From Amoebophrya sp. A120 (taxonomy: Eukaryota; Protista; Dinoflagellata): 64,000 bases of DNA. A model generated the notes under the pieces. It saw nothing but the letters and a program-made list of their open reading frames with translations, ran no database searches and was not told the DNA's origin. Below are positions 35,620-46,213 of the stretch, in pieces. Location of the stretch: assembly GCA_905178155.1 (NCBI GenBank), contig CAJINV010000001.1, forward strand, positions 4,174,795-4,238,794. Direction: 5' to 3'. The translations under genes and the position numbers were made by a program. How positions within the stretch are numbered: the first letter of the stretch is position 1; each line of letters opens with the position of its first letter.

Positions 35620-38600
35620 TCAGAAATCCGTCCCACCCGCCGCTGGGTTCATCTCAAAATATACGGATTTTGTGTGACTTGCGTGGTCCAAGGCTTCCTC
35701 GCCGAATTCCCGTCCGAATCCGCTTTCCTTGTAGCCGCCCACGGGCACGTTGGGCGCGTAAATGTTGTACGTGTTACACCAGACGATACCGCTCTGCAGC
35801 TTGCTCGCGACGTAGTGCGCGCGCTTCAGGTCTCGGGTGAAGAAACCGCTCGCGAGGCCGTACGGTGTGTTGTTCGCACGGAAGAGAACCTCCTCGGTAT
35901 CGGAAAATTTGAACACCGAGGCTACTGGGCCAAAAACCTCTTCTTTCGCCAATGTGTGGTCATCTTGCACATCCGCGAAAATGGTTGGTCGCATGAACGC
36001 GAGGGGGTTCAGGTGCGGCGCCAGCCCCGTGGGAGCCTCGTTGCCACCCGTGACCAGCGTTGCGCCCTCCTGCTGGGCTTTGGTGATGGCGTCGCGGACC
36101 TGTGGTGGTGGATACGAGTGTATAAGATCCAAAACTGCGATCCAATGCATTCTATTTTGGTATTGATCAAACCAAAAGATACAAATTAGAGAGGGCCACA
36201 ACGAACTTAGTACAACGTAGGACGTACCGAATCCGCATGCCCCACGTCCACCAGCGCGCCAATCTGCGTCTGCGGGTCCTGCGGGTCGCCTACGCGGAGC
36301 GCGTCGGAGTGCTGGATAAACGCCGCCAGAAACTCGTCGTAGATGTTCTCGTGCACGAATATCCTGGTGCCGTTGGTGCAAATCTCACCGGCGGAGTAAA
36401 AGTTTGCGATCATGGCCGCTTTCACAGCGGGGATGATGTCCGCGTCCTCGAAGACGATCAGTGGCGATTTGCCACCCAGTTCCAACGTGCAGGGTTTGAT
36501 TGTGTTGGCCGCCATTTTGAGAATCTTTTGTCCCACGGGGGTGCTGCCGGTAAAGGAAATCTTGTCGACGCCCGGGTGTTCGCAGAGCGCGGAACCCTGC
36601 TCCGAGCCGCCTTGAACCACGTTGAAAACGCCGTCAGGCAACCCAGCTTCCGTGAACAAGCTCGCGAGGCCCATGGTATTTATCGGAGTTTTAGAACTCG
36701 GCTTCATCACGATGCTGTTGCCTGTGGATAATTTCGGGTGAGAGCAAATTGCCCGGCAGGTTGTTGCGCATGATAGATAAACCAAAACAGGTATAGATAC
36801 TGTGTCAAGTTTAACGAAAAAAACATGAAAAATCACCTGCCGCCAAGAGTATGCTTGCTTTGTAAAGCGCCATGTTGAAGGGGTAGTTCCAGGCTACTAT
36901 GGCGGCGCACACGCCGTACGGCTCGCGTAGGCACTGCGCGAAACTGCCATTTTATCAAATGTAAAAATGTCTGGGTCTGGAAGAATGCAAGTTTGTCATG
37001 CTCGTCTGGCATGACTCGGGAATCTGTGTTGCACAGGCACGAAAAAGCCCTCTTACCTGTCATGCAGAAACGCAGTTTGCCATGCGGAATACGTAAGACA
37101 TGGCAGCCAAGAAATTTGTCATGCATAGCTGCGTATTGCAGTGCGTCTATCATTCATTTTTAGCATTACAAGTTTCCAGACCCAGACATTTTTGCACTTG
37201 ATACATTTTCCAGCGGTATGATTTTTCCCTCGTGCGTGCTCGATGAGATACCTAAAAGCGGAATTTCGTGGAATTTTGCGTCTCGAAAATTGGCAGCAGG
37301 CACTACGTCCCTCGCCCGGGCAACATTGCCTTTGCCTTGCCCCACTGGGTAGAAGACCTGCGCGATGTTTTCTCGCCCTGGCTCCCAGCCGTTCATCTTT
37401 GTGTATTTTTTATTCTCGGCGTGCCCTTTTTTCCAGGTGCGCCGATTTTGTGTCCTGGGCCAGAAACGATACCCGGGGGGAGCGCGTAAGATCCAACTCG
37501 CACCAAGATAAAGCTTCGCGGGCTCTCAGGACAATAACAATTGCAAGCCATGCAGCGCCTCCCCTTCAATATTACCATATGCGTGGGGTCCGACAAGGGC
37601 CCCAGAGGACTAACACGACCTCCGACCTAGGTCGCGACCCACCCGGAAGCAACCCAAGACAACACAACTCTTCCAAAATCCGGGACACAAATATCCGATA
37701 TGGCACTACACCCAAGCGGCACATTGCACTACCGGGCGCCAGAATAGGGGCAACAGGCGAAAAAGCTACAGCTCTCGAGCGGGTAGTCTACCCCGATAAC
37801 CTGCGCCAGAGAACACGCCGGCTGCTGTCCCTGCGGAAAAATCTTTCACACAGCGACCGCACGGCTGTTAGCTACGCTCCTTGTCCGGCGCTGAGAATTT
37901 TTTTTTCTCCGAGAAATTCCACGAAATTCCACCCAAATTCCCTCATCGGATATGGAACTGTCAGGATCGAAATTGGCAAAATCGAATAAAAACTTGTGAT
38001 GCATAAAATGCATGACGCGAAATACGTGTGTTGCAGAGCAGGCAAGTGAGGCCGATTGTAAGTCTGTTTGGGGTTCTAGCTCGAGCTGCTAGGGCAGCAT
38101 GAGAGAATCAGTGTTATTTGCCTAAGCAGCATTACAAACTGGATTTAGGCACCACCAAAATTTGTGATGCGCCACTTAGAAACTGGGTTCGGACTGGAAT
38201 CCATTTTATGCATGACAAATCATTTCGATTTTGTCAATTTCGATTCTGACACTTCCATATCGGATGCGCCAGCGGTATGATTTTTCCCTCGTGCGCGCTC
38301 GATGTATGGATCTGTCAGGATTGAAATCGTCAAAGTTGAAATAGTTTGTGATGCGTAAAATGCAAGGCATAGAGTGTCTGTCTTGCCAGGATGGCAAGTG
38401 AGGCAGATTGTGAGCCTATTCAGGGTTTGGGATAGAGCTGCAAAAGGAGCATGACAAGAGCAGTCTTCTGTGCCCAAACAGCATGACAAATTGGATTCCG
38501 GTGCTCCGAAAACTTGTCATGCGCCACTTGGAAATTGGTCTTCCAACTGGTATCCATTTTATGCATGAGAAATCATTTCAACTTTGTCGATTTCAAACCT

Positions 38601-39235
38601 GACGCTTCCATACGATGCGAGGTTGGCGTAGTACTCCAGGGTTTCTATTCCCGCCTCCACATGCGCTGCCGTCGTTTCTGCGATGCAGTGCCCGCTGTCT
38701 CTCGTCTCCATCACCGAGATTTCTTGCTTGTTCTGCCGCAGGATTTGCGCTGCCCGGTGCATCACTTTGCTCCTTTCCATGCCCGTCATGCTCGACCACT
38801 GCTTGAAGCCCGCGCGCGCAGACTCCACGGCGTCGGACACTTCGGAGGGCGTGGTTTCTGAGTTTGGGTTTAGAGTTTTTAAGCAGGTGCGAGCATTGTA
38901 GTAGTTGTGAACTTGAACTTGATGCTATCGATGTTTCATGAAAAACAAGCTGAGATGAACTCTTCACACCTACCATGTATTGTGGCGATCTCTTCATCGG
39001 TCGCCGGATTTGTGGAAACAAACGTGTCTCCCTCTCCGAACCTTTCCGCGCCGTCAATGTAGTGGCCTACTTTCAGCGCTTTCGAGCTCATGGAGCGGAT
39101 GCCCCGATGTGCGATTCTGCCTGGTGCAGTCCACGGGGAGGAGGAGCGCGCTGACGAGAGCTGGCGGGAAGCGACAGGACCTCGTCTGCACACATGGTGC
39201 ATCAGCGCAGAACTAGACTGTGACAACGCCGCCAT
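35620..39235 (-). CDS. Aldehyde dehydrogenase, ALDH9/betaine-aldehyde dehydrogenase-like
   Basis: REPYGVCAAIVAWNYP, FTGSTPVG, LELGGKSP, GEICTNGTR, EEVFGPV and GGYKESGFGRE. GT-AG introns at 38858-38973, 36722-36836 and 36100-36227, plus non-canonical inserts between 36953 and 38612. Confidence 0.93.
36953..37203. mobile_element. Introner-like MITE 4 (251 bp), TSD CATTT
   Basis: 30-bp TIR tatcaa(a/g)tg(t/c)aaaaatgtctgggtctggaa. TSD at 36948-36952 and 37204-37208. Removal gives PLEN|GSFAQ. Confidence 0.94.
37241..38269. mobile_element. Family-B element, internally deleted copy, flanked by a 36-bp direct repeat of the ALDH micro-exon; contains MITE 5
   Basis: Colinear with 13398-14673. 37210-37245 matches 38269-38304 with one mismatch. 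Confidence 0.85.
37951..38259. mobile_element. Introner-family MITE 5 (309 bp), TSD TCGGA, nested in the end of element B
   Basis: TIR tatggaa(c/g)tgtcag(g/a)atcgaaattg(g/a)caaaatcgaa. TSD at 37946-37950 and 38260-38264. Confidence 0.92.
38305..38612. mobile_element. Introner-like MITE 6 (308 bp), TSD CGATG
   Basis: TIR tatgga..gtcagg(a/t)ttgaaatcg(t/a)caaagttgaaat. TSD at 38300-38304 and 38613-38617. Removal gives YYANLAS|SAHEGKIIPL. Confidence 0.93.
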
Positions 39236-39910
39236 AGCTAGGGTGAGTTGCTCGCTGGAAAAGAGTACTTCAAGACTCAGCCTAAACCTAATAAATATCA
39301 CTGGGCGCTAAATAAATCAAACTCAAACGACATTCGACGAATATAGTGTTTGAAAAACGAAATACCCGAATGATATTCTTTATGAAAAGCGCAAACTGGA
39401 GCTTAGCTCACTTCACTGCAAAAGGCTGATCTGTCAAGGTCAGTGCAAAAAAAAAGCAGATCGCGTAGTGAGTGCGAGAACAGCCACCAAACAAATGATC
39501 AAATAAAACTGCGTATTGAGTATCAGTCACTGAGATCTAGTTGGAGCCATGGGAGCGACGTTTGATCTACTCTACGAGAGAGTTGGACCGAACGGCTTGG
39601 TCGATTCCGTTTGGGTTTGGTGCCTCCGCAAAATCCTAATCCTGCAGACTTCACCAAAACTTTTTTCCGAGGAGAGGAGCTGCAACAGCGGTAAACCAGA
39701 ACACTCTGCTTTTGCCCTATCTATGCAAAGTGCCCGGCGTCAATCACCAGAATTTTTTTCCTTGAAAGAAACGCCCTGCTGTGTTAAACTTGACAGTATC
39801 GTACAAATCTACCGAAGTAGACCATTCGGCGGTAGAAATTTACGGTCATTGTTTTTGTCGCCAGTTCCGCTTCATTGTTGCTTGTTGCCTACCACAAACA
39901 GGAGTTAGTA

Positions 39911-40975
39911 TCACCTCGCGGTCCGGCCATAGTAGTTCGCTGCTATTGAAAGCGCCACTGCAGTGACGGCCGTAGTGAGCGAGGCGATGGCAATCAAGTT
40001 CGTTCTTTGCATTTCTTGTTCCAGCATCACTTTTAGCTGCGTTTGAATGTATTTGCCTATCACGTGCGCCTCCACATTTACTCGCCCTCCTACTGGTTTT
40101 TTCGGCAGGGTAATGGCCTGCACGGTGTGGGGTATCAGCATTACCTGGGAGTGTTGTTGAAAGCCACAAATTGGAGGTTTTGGTGTGCTTGTACTAGTTG
40201 TACTTATTTCTACCGACGGCACACACGACAGTGAAAGGGAATCCCTCGAGGAATGTTCAGAGAGATGATATCACAGTGCGATAACAAGCATGAACATGTA
40301 AGAAAGTATCTACCTGAAAACTTTCCTTCTTCACATTGCATACAGTCAAACTAGCTCCGCCGATCGCGACGTAACCCTTCTCGACGATGAGGGGTCGGAG
40401 TTTGTGTGGCATTTTGAACGTCACCCACAAGTTGTCCCTATCCTGCTCCTTGGCGAGTATCGTTAAAGTATCATCCACGTGGCCCTGCACATCGTGTCCG
40501 GATATATCTTGCCCGACAGTGCAGGCTTTTTCCAAATTTACCGGGCTGTTTTCTACCAGATCGCCGAGCATCGTCACGTCCAGAGTGTGGCCTGCCGCTT
40601 GGACCTAGATTTGTTATTTTCGTTTCGGAACCTATCACAAGTGTCCGTCGCATTAGACACTTTGGCAGCTACGCGCAATTACCGAGTACTGTCGATAGAA
40701 GATCAATGCCCTTGTAGTTCATCCAGCGGCAAGCAGAGCGACGCAAACCATACCTGAAACGACTTCTTCGGCAGGTCGAATGAGACAACGGTGAGACATA
40801 CGCCCTCCACACATATGCTTTCGCCCACATAGGTTTTGTCGCTTATTATCTTGTCCGAGGCTTTTATCGTGAACGTGCACGAATTTCCAATAGAGCCGTC
40901 CCAGAGCTTAACCTCCTTGGCGCGCTCCAATTTGGACACGGTGCCCATGTCTTGCACAATGCCGGTGAAGCCCAT
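39911..40975 (-). CDS. RIB5: Riboflavin synthase (alpha-chain type)
   Basis: MGFTGIV, GESICVEGVCLTV, VNLE, GHDVQGHVD, KGYVAIGGASLTV, LIPHT and VNVE. GT-AG introns at 40605-40753 and 40145-40313. Confidence 0.95.
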
Positions 40976-41639
40976 TTTGGTTTTTTTATAGGCGTGATTA
41001 AACTAGCAAAGAGAAAGAAGTTGAGAGCGAGGCAAAGGCACAAAAAAATGAAATCACAGATCACACGAGCGACACCCAGATGAAGCCTTGTGGGTGTGTG
41101 TGGGGTATGCTCATGTGCGACTGCGAGCTGCTCCCTTTGTTACGGTTGTGAGGGACTAGAAGTACCAATGGGTAACTGTCGGGAGTAGAAAGGACACAAA
41201 GATATATCACAGATATGCACGGTGTGCAGTGTTCGTTCCTGTTGTTTTGATGCGTGGTAGTTCGTGCTTTCTTTGGACCACACGAATTCAATTCAACCTT
41301 CCCTCTCGATCCGTGCATCTGTATGGGACTGCGAGATCATCCTTGTCACGAAAAATATTGAAATTCCAACTGCGAAGGAACCTGAGGCGTCCGCTTTGAC
41401 CGAGTCATTAGAAACCAGTGGACTTCTTGTGAAAATCAAAATTCGATCCGTCCTCCTTTAAGTGCATGAAAATTCATAACAAGTACAGAACTCAAACACC
41501 TGGCGATGGGTGAACCACATCGAGTTCGTCGCCAGGCTGCTTTTTGCATCCATTAGTACGATTGGTCCAACTCCAATGAATCTGCTTCAGAGGTGCCGGG
41601 CAGGCATTCGGGCACAACTGACATTGCTTCGGCGCGACC

Positions 41640-43340
41640 GTTCAGTCGGCCGCGGCGTGGCAGCTAGCTTTGCTAATAGGCGGCGAAGCTAATATGCGCC
41701 ACGAAGATATATGATGGCGACCTGCTCGGACCGGTAAGACCCGACGCGCAAGGCACGCCAAATAATTAATCGATCTACGTCGCTGGAAAGAGGCGGCGCC
41801 GGAGTGCGCGTTAATGAGGGAGCCAACACACACCACCCCCGCTCGGGCGAAACAAGGGCGCCCCCCGTCTGCCTTTCGTGCCGGGGGCCGCAGCGCCCGG
41901 GGCAAATTGCGCCCAAAAAGCGGGGCGGGGCCGAGGGCGGACGCGGGCGCGCCGCCGGCTGGCAAAATCGCCCGCCGCCGCCTGCAATCAAACAAGCAGG
42001 CGCCGGCAAATGCCTGCCCGCGGGGCCTCCGGCCCGGGCGCGGGCCACGGGGCGTCTTTGAACATGCGCCCGCGCCGGCCGCGGAGTTTGGCGCGGCCCT
42101 TCGCCTTCGCTTTTGCCTTCGGCCTACCGCCACCATTGGCCTTGGGGGAGCGAGGCCTGACAGGATCCAATAGGCGCCGGGGGGTCGGAGTTGGCTTGTT
42201 GTTCACCGCCGCCCGGCGCAAGCTCGGCCGGCCGACAACCCGGCCGGGTAAAACTTCCGCGGCGCCCCGCGCTGCCCCTTCCCCCTCGCGCCTGCAGCAA
42301 GGCTGCCGCCCGCCCCGGCGCGAACACCCGGAAGCACCAACCCCAAACAGCCTCGGCGCCGCGGGGCGGGCCCCGGTGCTGCGGCGAGCAATCACGGGGG
42401 CAAGCAACTACAAGTCCTTGCGCTTCAGGTGCCCCCACATGGTGCGCAGCCCTTCCTTTTTGGCATCGAGCCGCGCCAACTCGCTCGCGTCGATTATTAT
42501 GCTTTCTTCGCCGTCTTGGCGGCGTTGAGTCTTTCTCGTACTTTCATGGCCGACAGCTACGGACTCAAGCTGTTGCCTTTTTTGTAGATGCGGTCGGACT
42601 CTGGGGCACTTGGCGTACGACTTTACGTCTGCGACGAAGGAAGGCCGTCGGCTTTTCCTGGCGCAAGTATGCGGATCCCCATTTTTTGCCCCCACTGGCA
42701 AAGTTGGCGGGCGCACGACTCTGGCCGTGCGCCAGCCCGAGCAAAAGGCGGGGGGCCGCGGGGGGGCGCCCCCGCCGGTGGCGTCTTCGCGGCTTTCGTT
42801 TCCCCCGCCGAACGCCACTGCGCGCCACTAGGCCAAAGAAAGAATGAAACAGCTTGAGGGCGGTGGCGTTCAGTTTTTATGTGCCTGCCCCGCACAGCCT
42901 GGTGGTTCGGGATTTGTCGAGCCGGGGCCGGACCACCGAGCCCCGACGCTACATCTGGCCCCCCGCGCCCCCGGGTCGGGCCGAGCGCGCTGCTTTTGCC
43001 GTGCTGGAAGATGGAACCGGGGCTCTTTCCACTTTTGGCCTTGATGCTCTCCTCGGAGAAGGGGCGCGGCCGGCCGTTGTTCGGGGTGGCATTGTCGGCA
43101 GTGCTGGCGGCGTGAAGGAACATCGACGGCTTCGGCGGTGCGAATGCCTCCGATATGACGCACGGCGCGCCGCGCCGGCACTCCACAAATCCCAGGAACA
43201 CGGGGCCGCGTTCCCCGGGCGGGGCTCGGTCGCCGGTCCCGCCAGGCCCTGGCGCTGGGGCGCGACGCCAGAAGATAAGGCCCGCGCGCGCCATTCCGCG
43301 GCTGTGCCGCTTACTTTTCTAGGCTTGGCGGGCCTCCTTT
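41640..43340. other. Very GC-rich island, probably a decayed repeat or pseudogene
   Basis: Abrupt GC rise with G/C runs and overlapping spurious ORFs. No termini or protein family recognised. Confidence 0.5.
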
Positions 43341-43832
43341 TCGGGCACAGTTGCACGGCGTCCAGGTTGATGCGCATCGCCCTCAGACAGGTGGCGCGCC
43401 TGAAGGCCCCAGGTGCCTTCGTCGCTCTTTCTCCAGCACAGCGCTGCGATTTCGTACTCGTTCGGGAGCACATTGAATGGTAGCGCGTCGCCCAAACATA
43501 AACGCGTCTGCTCTTCTCGTACTCGGAAAGCATCCCCGGCAAAAGACGACGAAATGCTAAGCAGACACCAGGAAAAAAGCAAAGCTTGGCGCTTGCAGAT
43601 CTGCCAACTTGGCGGGCGAACAGTCTCTTGCAACACCGAAAAACGCGAAACGCGAAAGCGGTTTTTGTATAGGATTGCTACCTCTGAGAGCATACGCCAA
43701 CAACGGACAACTCCGGTGTGGGCGTTGGGTCGATGAAACCTAGACAAAGACTTATTCGCAGCGTTCTGTAGTCGTGACGATCGTATTTATACTAACATCT
43801 TCATGATGTTCCGAATCCTTTAAAATCATCAT

Positions 43833-45665
43833 TCACTGCGTCGCCAGCAGCTGACTAACTTCATCCTTTCCATCCCTTTCCGAATCGTAAACCTTTTCCA
43901 AGACTTCCGTCGCCACAGTGTCGTCCGGTTCCACCAAATTAGTCCGCATCGCGTACTCCATGCTGTCCAGCGCGAAGTGTGGAAAGTCTCCCGGTCGGAA
44001 GAACGTTTCCGGCGACTCGTACAGTTCCTCTAACTTGTAAAACTTCCGTATCTCGGGCGTGAAGATGTGCACGGCTATCGGGCCGAGCCGCGCTTGAATC
44101 CACTGGTCGTGCCGCTGCTGCGAGCAGAACGGCCGCACAAAGGGGATCTCCAAGGCGCGCACAGTCTTGAACAGCAAGCGCCCCATGCGCACGGCGTGCT
44201 CGCTCGTCTGCCCCGTCGCGGTAATCACGTAACTGCCCACGTCCCGCCGCCCGCATTCCTCTAAATTCACAATCCGCACGTCCGTTGCCTCCTCCTGCAG
44301 CAGCAGGTCCCGCAAAAGCTCCGGGGAAGGGAGAACCCCCTTCTGGAAGTCCTCCGGGCGAACGCGGACCTTCTGGGCTCGATTCGTGTCCTCGAAGTCG
44401 TTCTGCAAATCATCCGTCATGGACCACAAGTGCCCCTTAGGCGGCCGGACCACCGGCTCCTGGAAGTACGCCCAGTCCTCTTCCGTGTTCGTCGTCATGT
44501 CGCGCGTTTCCCGCTCGAAGTAGTACTGCTGCGCTTTTTTCAAGAGTCGCTCTCGGTTCTCCTGGAGAAACAGCTGCGCCGGCGTCATCTTCGCGGTTTG
44601 CTCCACTGTTGGAATTTCGTCCTCGCTGTAATCGGGACTGTCAGGTGTAGAAGTTGCCGTGTCAACATCCTGTTCCGATCTCTTGCTTTTCAGAAACTTG
44701 TCGGAAAAGTAATCAAGCGAATCTCGCACCTCCTCGTGAATCGCCGCCTCGGCACGCGGCCTAGCCGGTTCATCGCGTTCACCTGTGGTTGCTGATTTGC
44801 TTTTCGCAGTAAAACCTTTTCCCCCCGACGCCGCGTCTACGTCATCATCATCCACCCCATCAGCAGAAGCGCAGGGCAAGCCGGTTTGAGGATCAAGGAG
44901 TCGTCCGAACTGGTCAACCAGCTCGATGTCATCTTCCCCTTCTGGTACATTTTGTGCAGCTGCGGCTCGAGAAGTTTCAGATGCAGTTTCTACTCCGACA
45001 GCCTCTTCCTGAGGTGAAACATGACTGTGATCATCAGCGGCACAGCCTACGCCGCCCTTCCGTCCCCTTTTTTTCCTACCAGTACCGGACGACGTGGATG
45101 CGAAGCTGCTGCTCTCCGAGATGACTTCCTCAAACAGCCTCTTTTCGCTTGCTTCCTGTGCTGTCGGAATGTAGCTGTCCCTGTCAACTGCGGAAAGCGG
45201 TCTTCTGCTCAAGCCTCTAACAACACCAGCAGTCGAGTGTTGATGTTCGTTCAGCCCTCCAGAATCTCGTCCCGCTTGATACAGCAGCAATTCCGCATCG
45301 AGATCCATGACGTCCTCATCTGCAGTTTCGTTTGTCGACGACGACGATCCACCGCTGTCATAATTGGTGATAGCGGATGAATGTGCGCCGGGAGCTTGTC
45401 CCTGATTTTTGTTCCGTCGGATCTCCTCTGTCAGGGATTCAATTTGCGCAAAACCGCGCGGAAGGCTGCTGCTCGACGAGGAGGTGCTGTTTGCGCTGCG
45501 CTGCACGCTCTGAGAGTCGTGCAGCATGCTCGGAAGCGTTGGCGACGCGAGAAGTGCTGGCCGACTTCTTGATGTAAATCTTCCATCAGCTGGAAACCGG
45601 GACGCGGAAGAAACGAGCCGCCGGTTAGGAGCTTGGTGCGCGCTCTTGCCGCGAAGATAGAGCAT
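43833..45665 (-). CDS. Ribosome silencing factor RsfS/Iojap/MALSU1-like protein with a long N-terminal extension
   Basis: C-terminal DVRIVNL..YVITATGQTSEHA..WIQARLGPIAVHIFTPEIRKFYKLEELY. The N-terminus resembles a mitochondrial presequence. Confidence 0.85.
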   Translation of the reverse strand: MLYLRGKSAHQAPNRRLVSSASRFPADGRFTSRSRPALLASPTLPSMLHDSQSVQRSANSTSSSSSSLPRGFAQIESLTEEIRRNKNQGQAPGAHSSAITNYDSGGSSSSTNETADEDVMDLDAELLLYQAGRDSGGLNEHQHSTAGVVRGLSRRPLSAVDRDSYIPTAQEASEKRLFEEVISESSSFASTSSGTGRKKRGRKGGVGCAADDHSHVSPQEEAVGVETASETSRAAAAQNVPEGEDDIELVDQFGRLLDPQTGLPCASADGVDDDDVDAASGGKGFTAKSKSATTGERDEPARPRAEAAIHEEVRDSLDYFSDKFLKSKRSEQDVDTATSTPDSPDYSEDEIPTVEQTAKMTPAQLFLQENRERLLKKAQQYYFERETRDMTTNTEEDWAYFQEPVVRPPKGHLWSMTDDLQNDFEDTNRAQKVRVRPEDFQKGVLPSPELLRDLLLQEEATDVRIVNLEECGRRDVGSYVITATGQTSEHAVRMGRLLFKTVRALEIPFVRPFCSQQRHDQWIQARLGPIAVHIFTPEIRKFYKLEELYESPETFFRPGDFPHFALDSMEYAMRTNLVEPDDTVATEVLEKVYDSERDGKDEVSQLLATQ

Positions 45666-46213
45666 CCTCGTCGCGGCAATTCACTTGTTTTCGAGTAGGT
45701 AAAAGAATGGCTCAGAGGACGCATCAATTATGGATAGAAAATTGATGTCCAGAAGGGGCGTATGACGGTATTCTGTAGCGTAGACCAAACATCAGGATCG
45801 ACAAATGTATTTCGGTCAACACAGAATGAGATCGTGAAGGACAAGGCAGATAAAAAGCGAAAGGGAACGCGCTGGAAAAATGCTCCCACTTCTACGACAA
45901 AGCTGCAAAGTTGCTTGCTTGCAACTTGCGATGGCGTCTTCTGCTCCTTTATTCCTATCCTAGGCTAGAAAGAAACGATAACGAATGGAGATTTCGATTC
46001 ACACAAACAAGCACACAGTGTGCAAGAACCTGTTTCGCCTTCATTTTCGTTCGCTTTCACGGTGTTGACTAGAAGTGATTGACTAAAAGAAGTGACAGTG
46101 TGACGACTATTTCTCAATTTTCATTTTGATACTTGTAGCTGAAACGAGTGCGACGTCAAGACATTGGGCTTGCGTGGAGTGCGAGCCTCCACTTCGCCGG
46201 CGCGCCCGGTCTG

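Noticed and set aside
38304-38616. U12-type AT-AC intron register for MITE 6
   Set aside because: It lacks the ATATCCTT donor and TCCTTAAC branch consensus, and other family members offer no such register.
41642-43542. Many overlapping Arg/Gly/Pro/Ala-rich ORFs
   Set aside because: Expected from stop-codon scarcity at extreme GC; no frame is clearly preferred.
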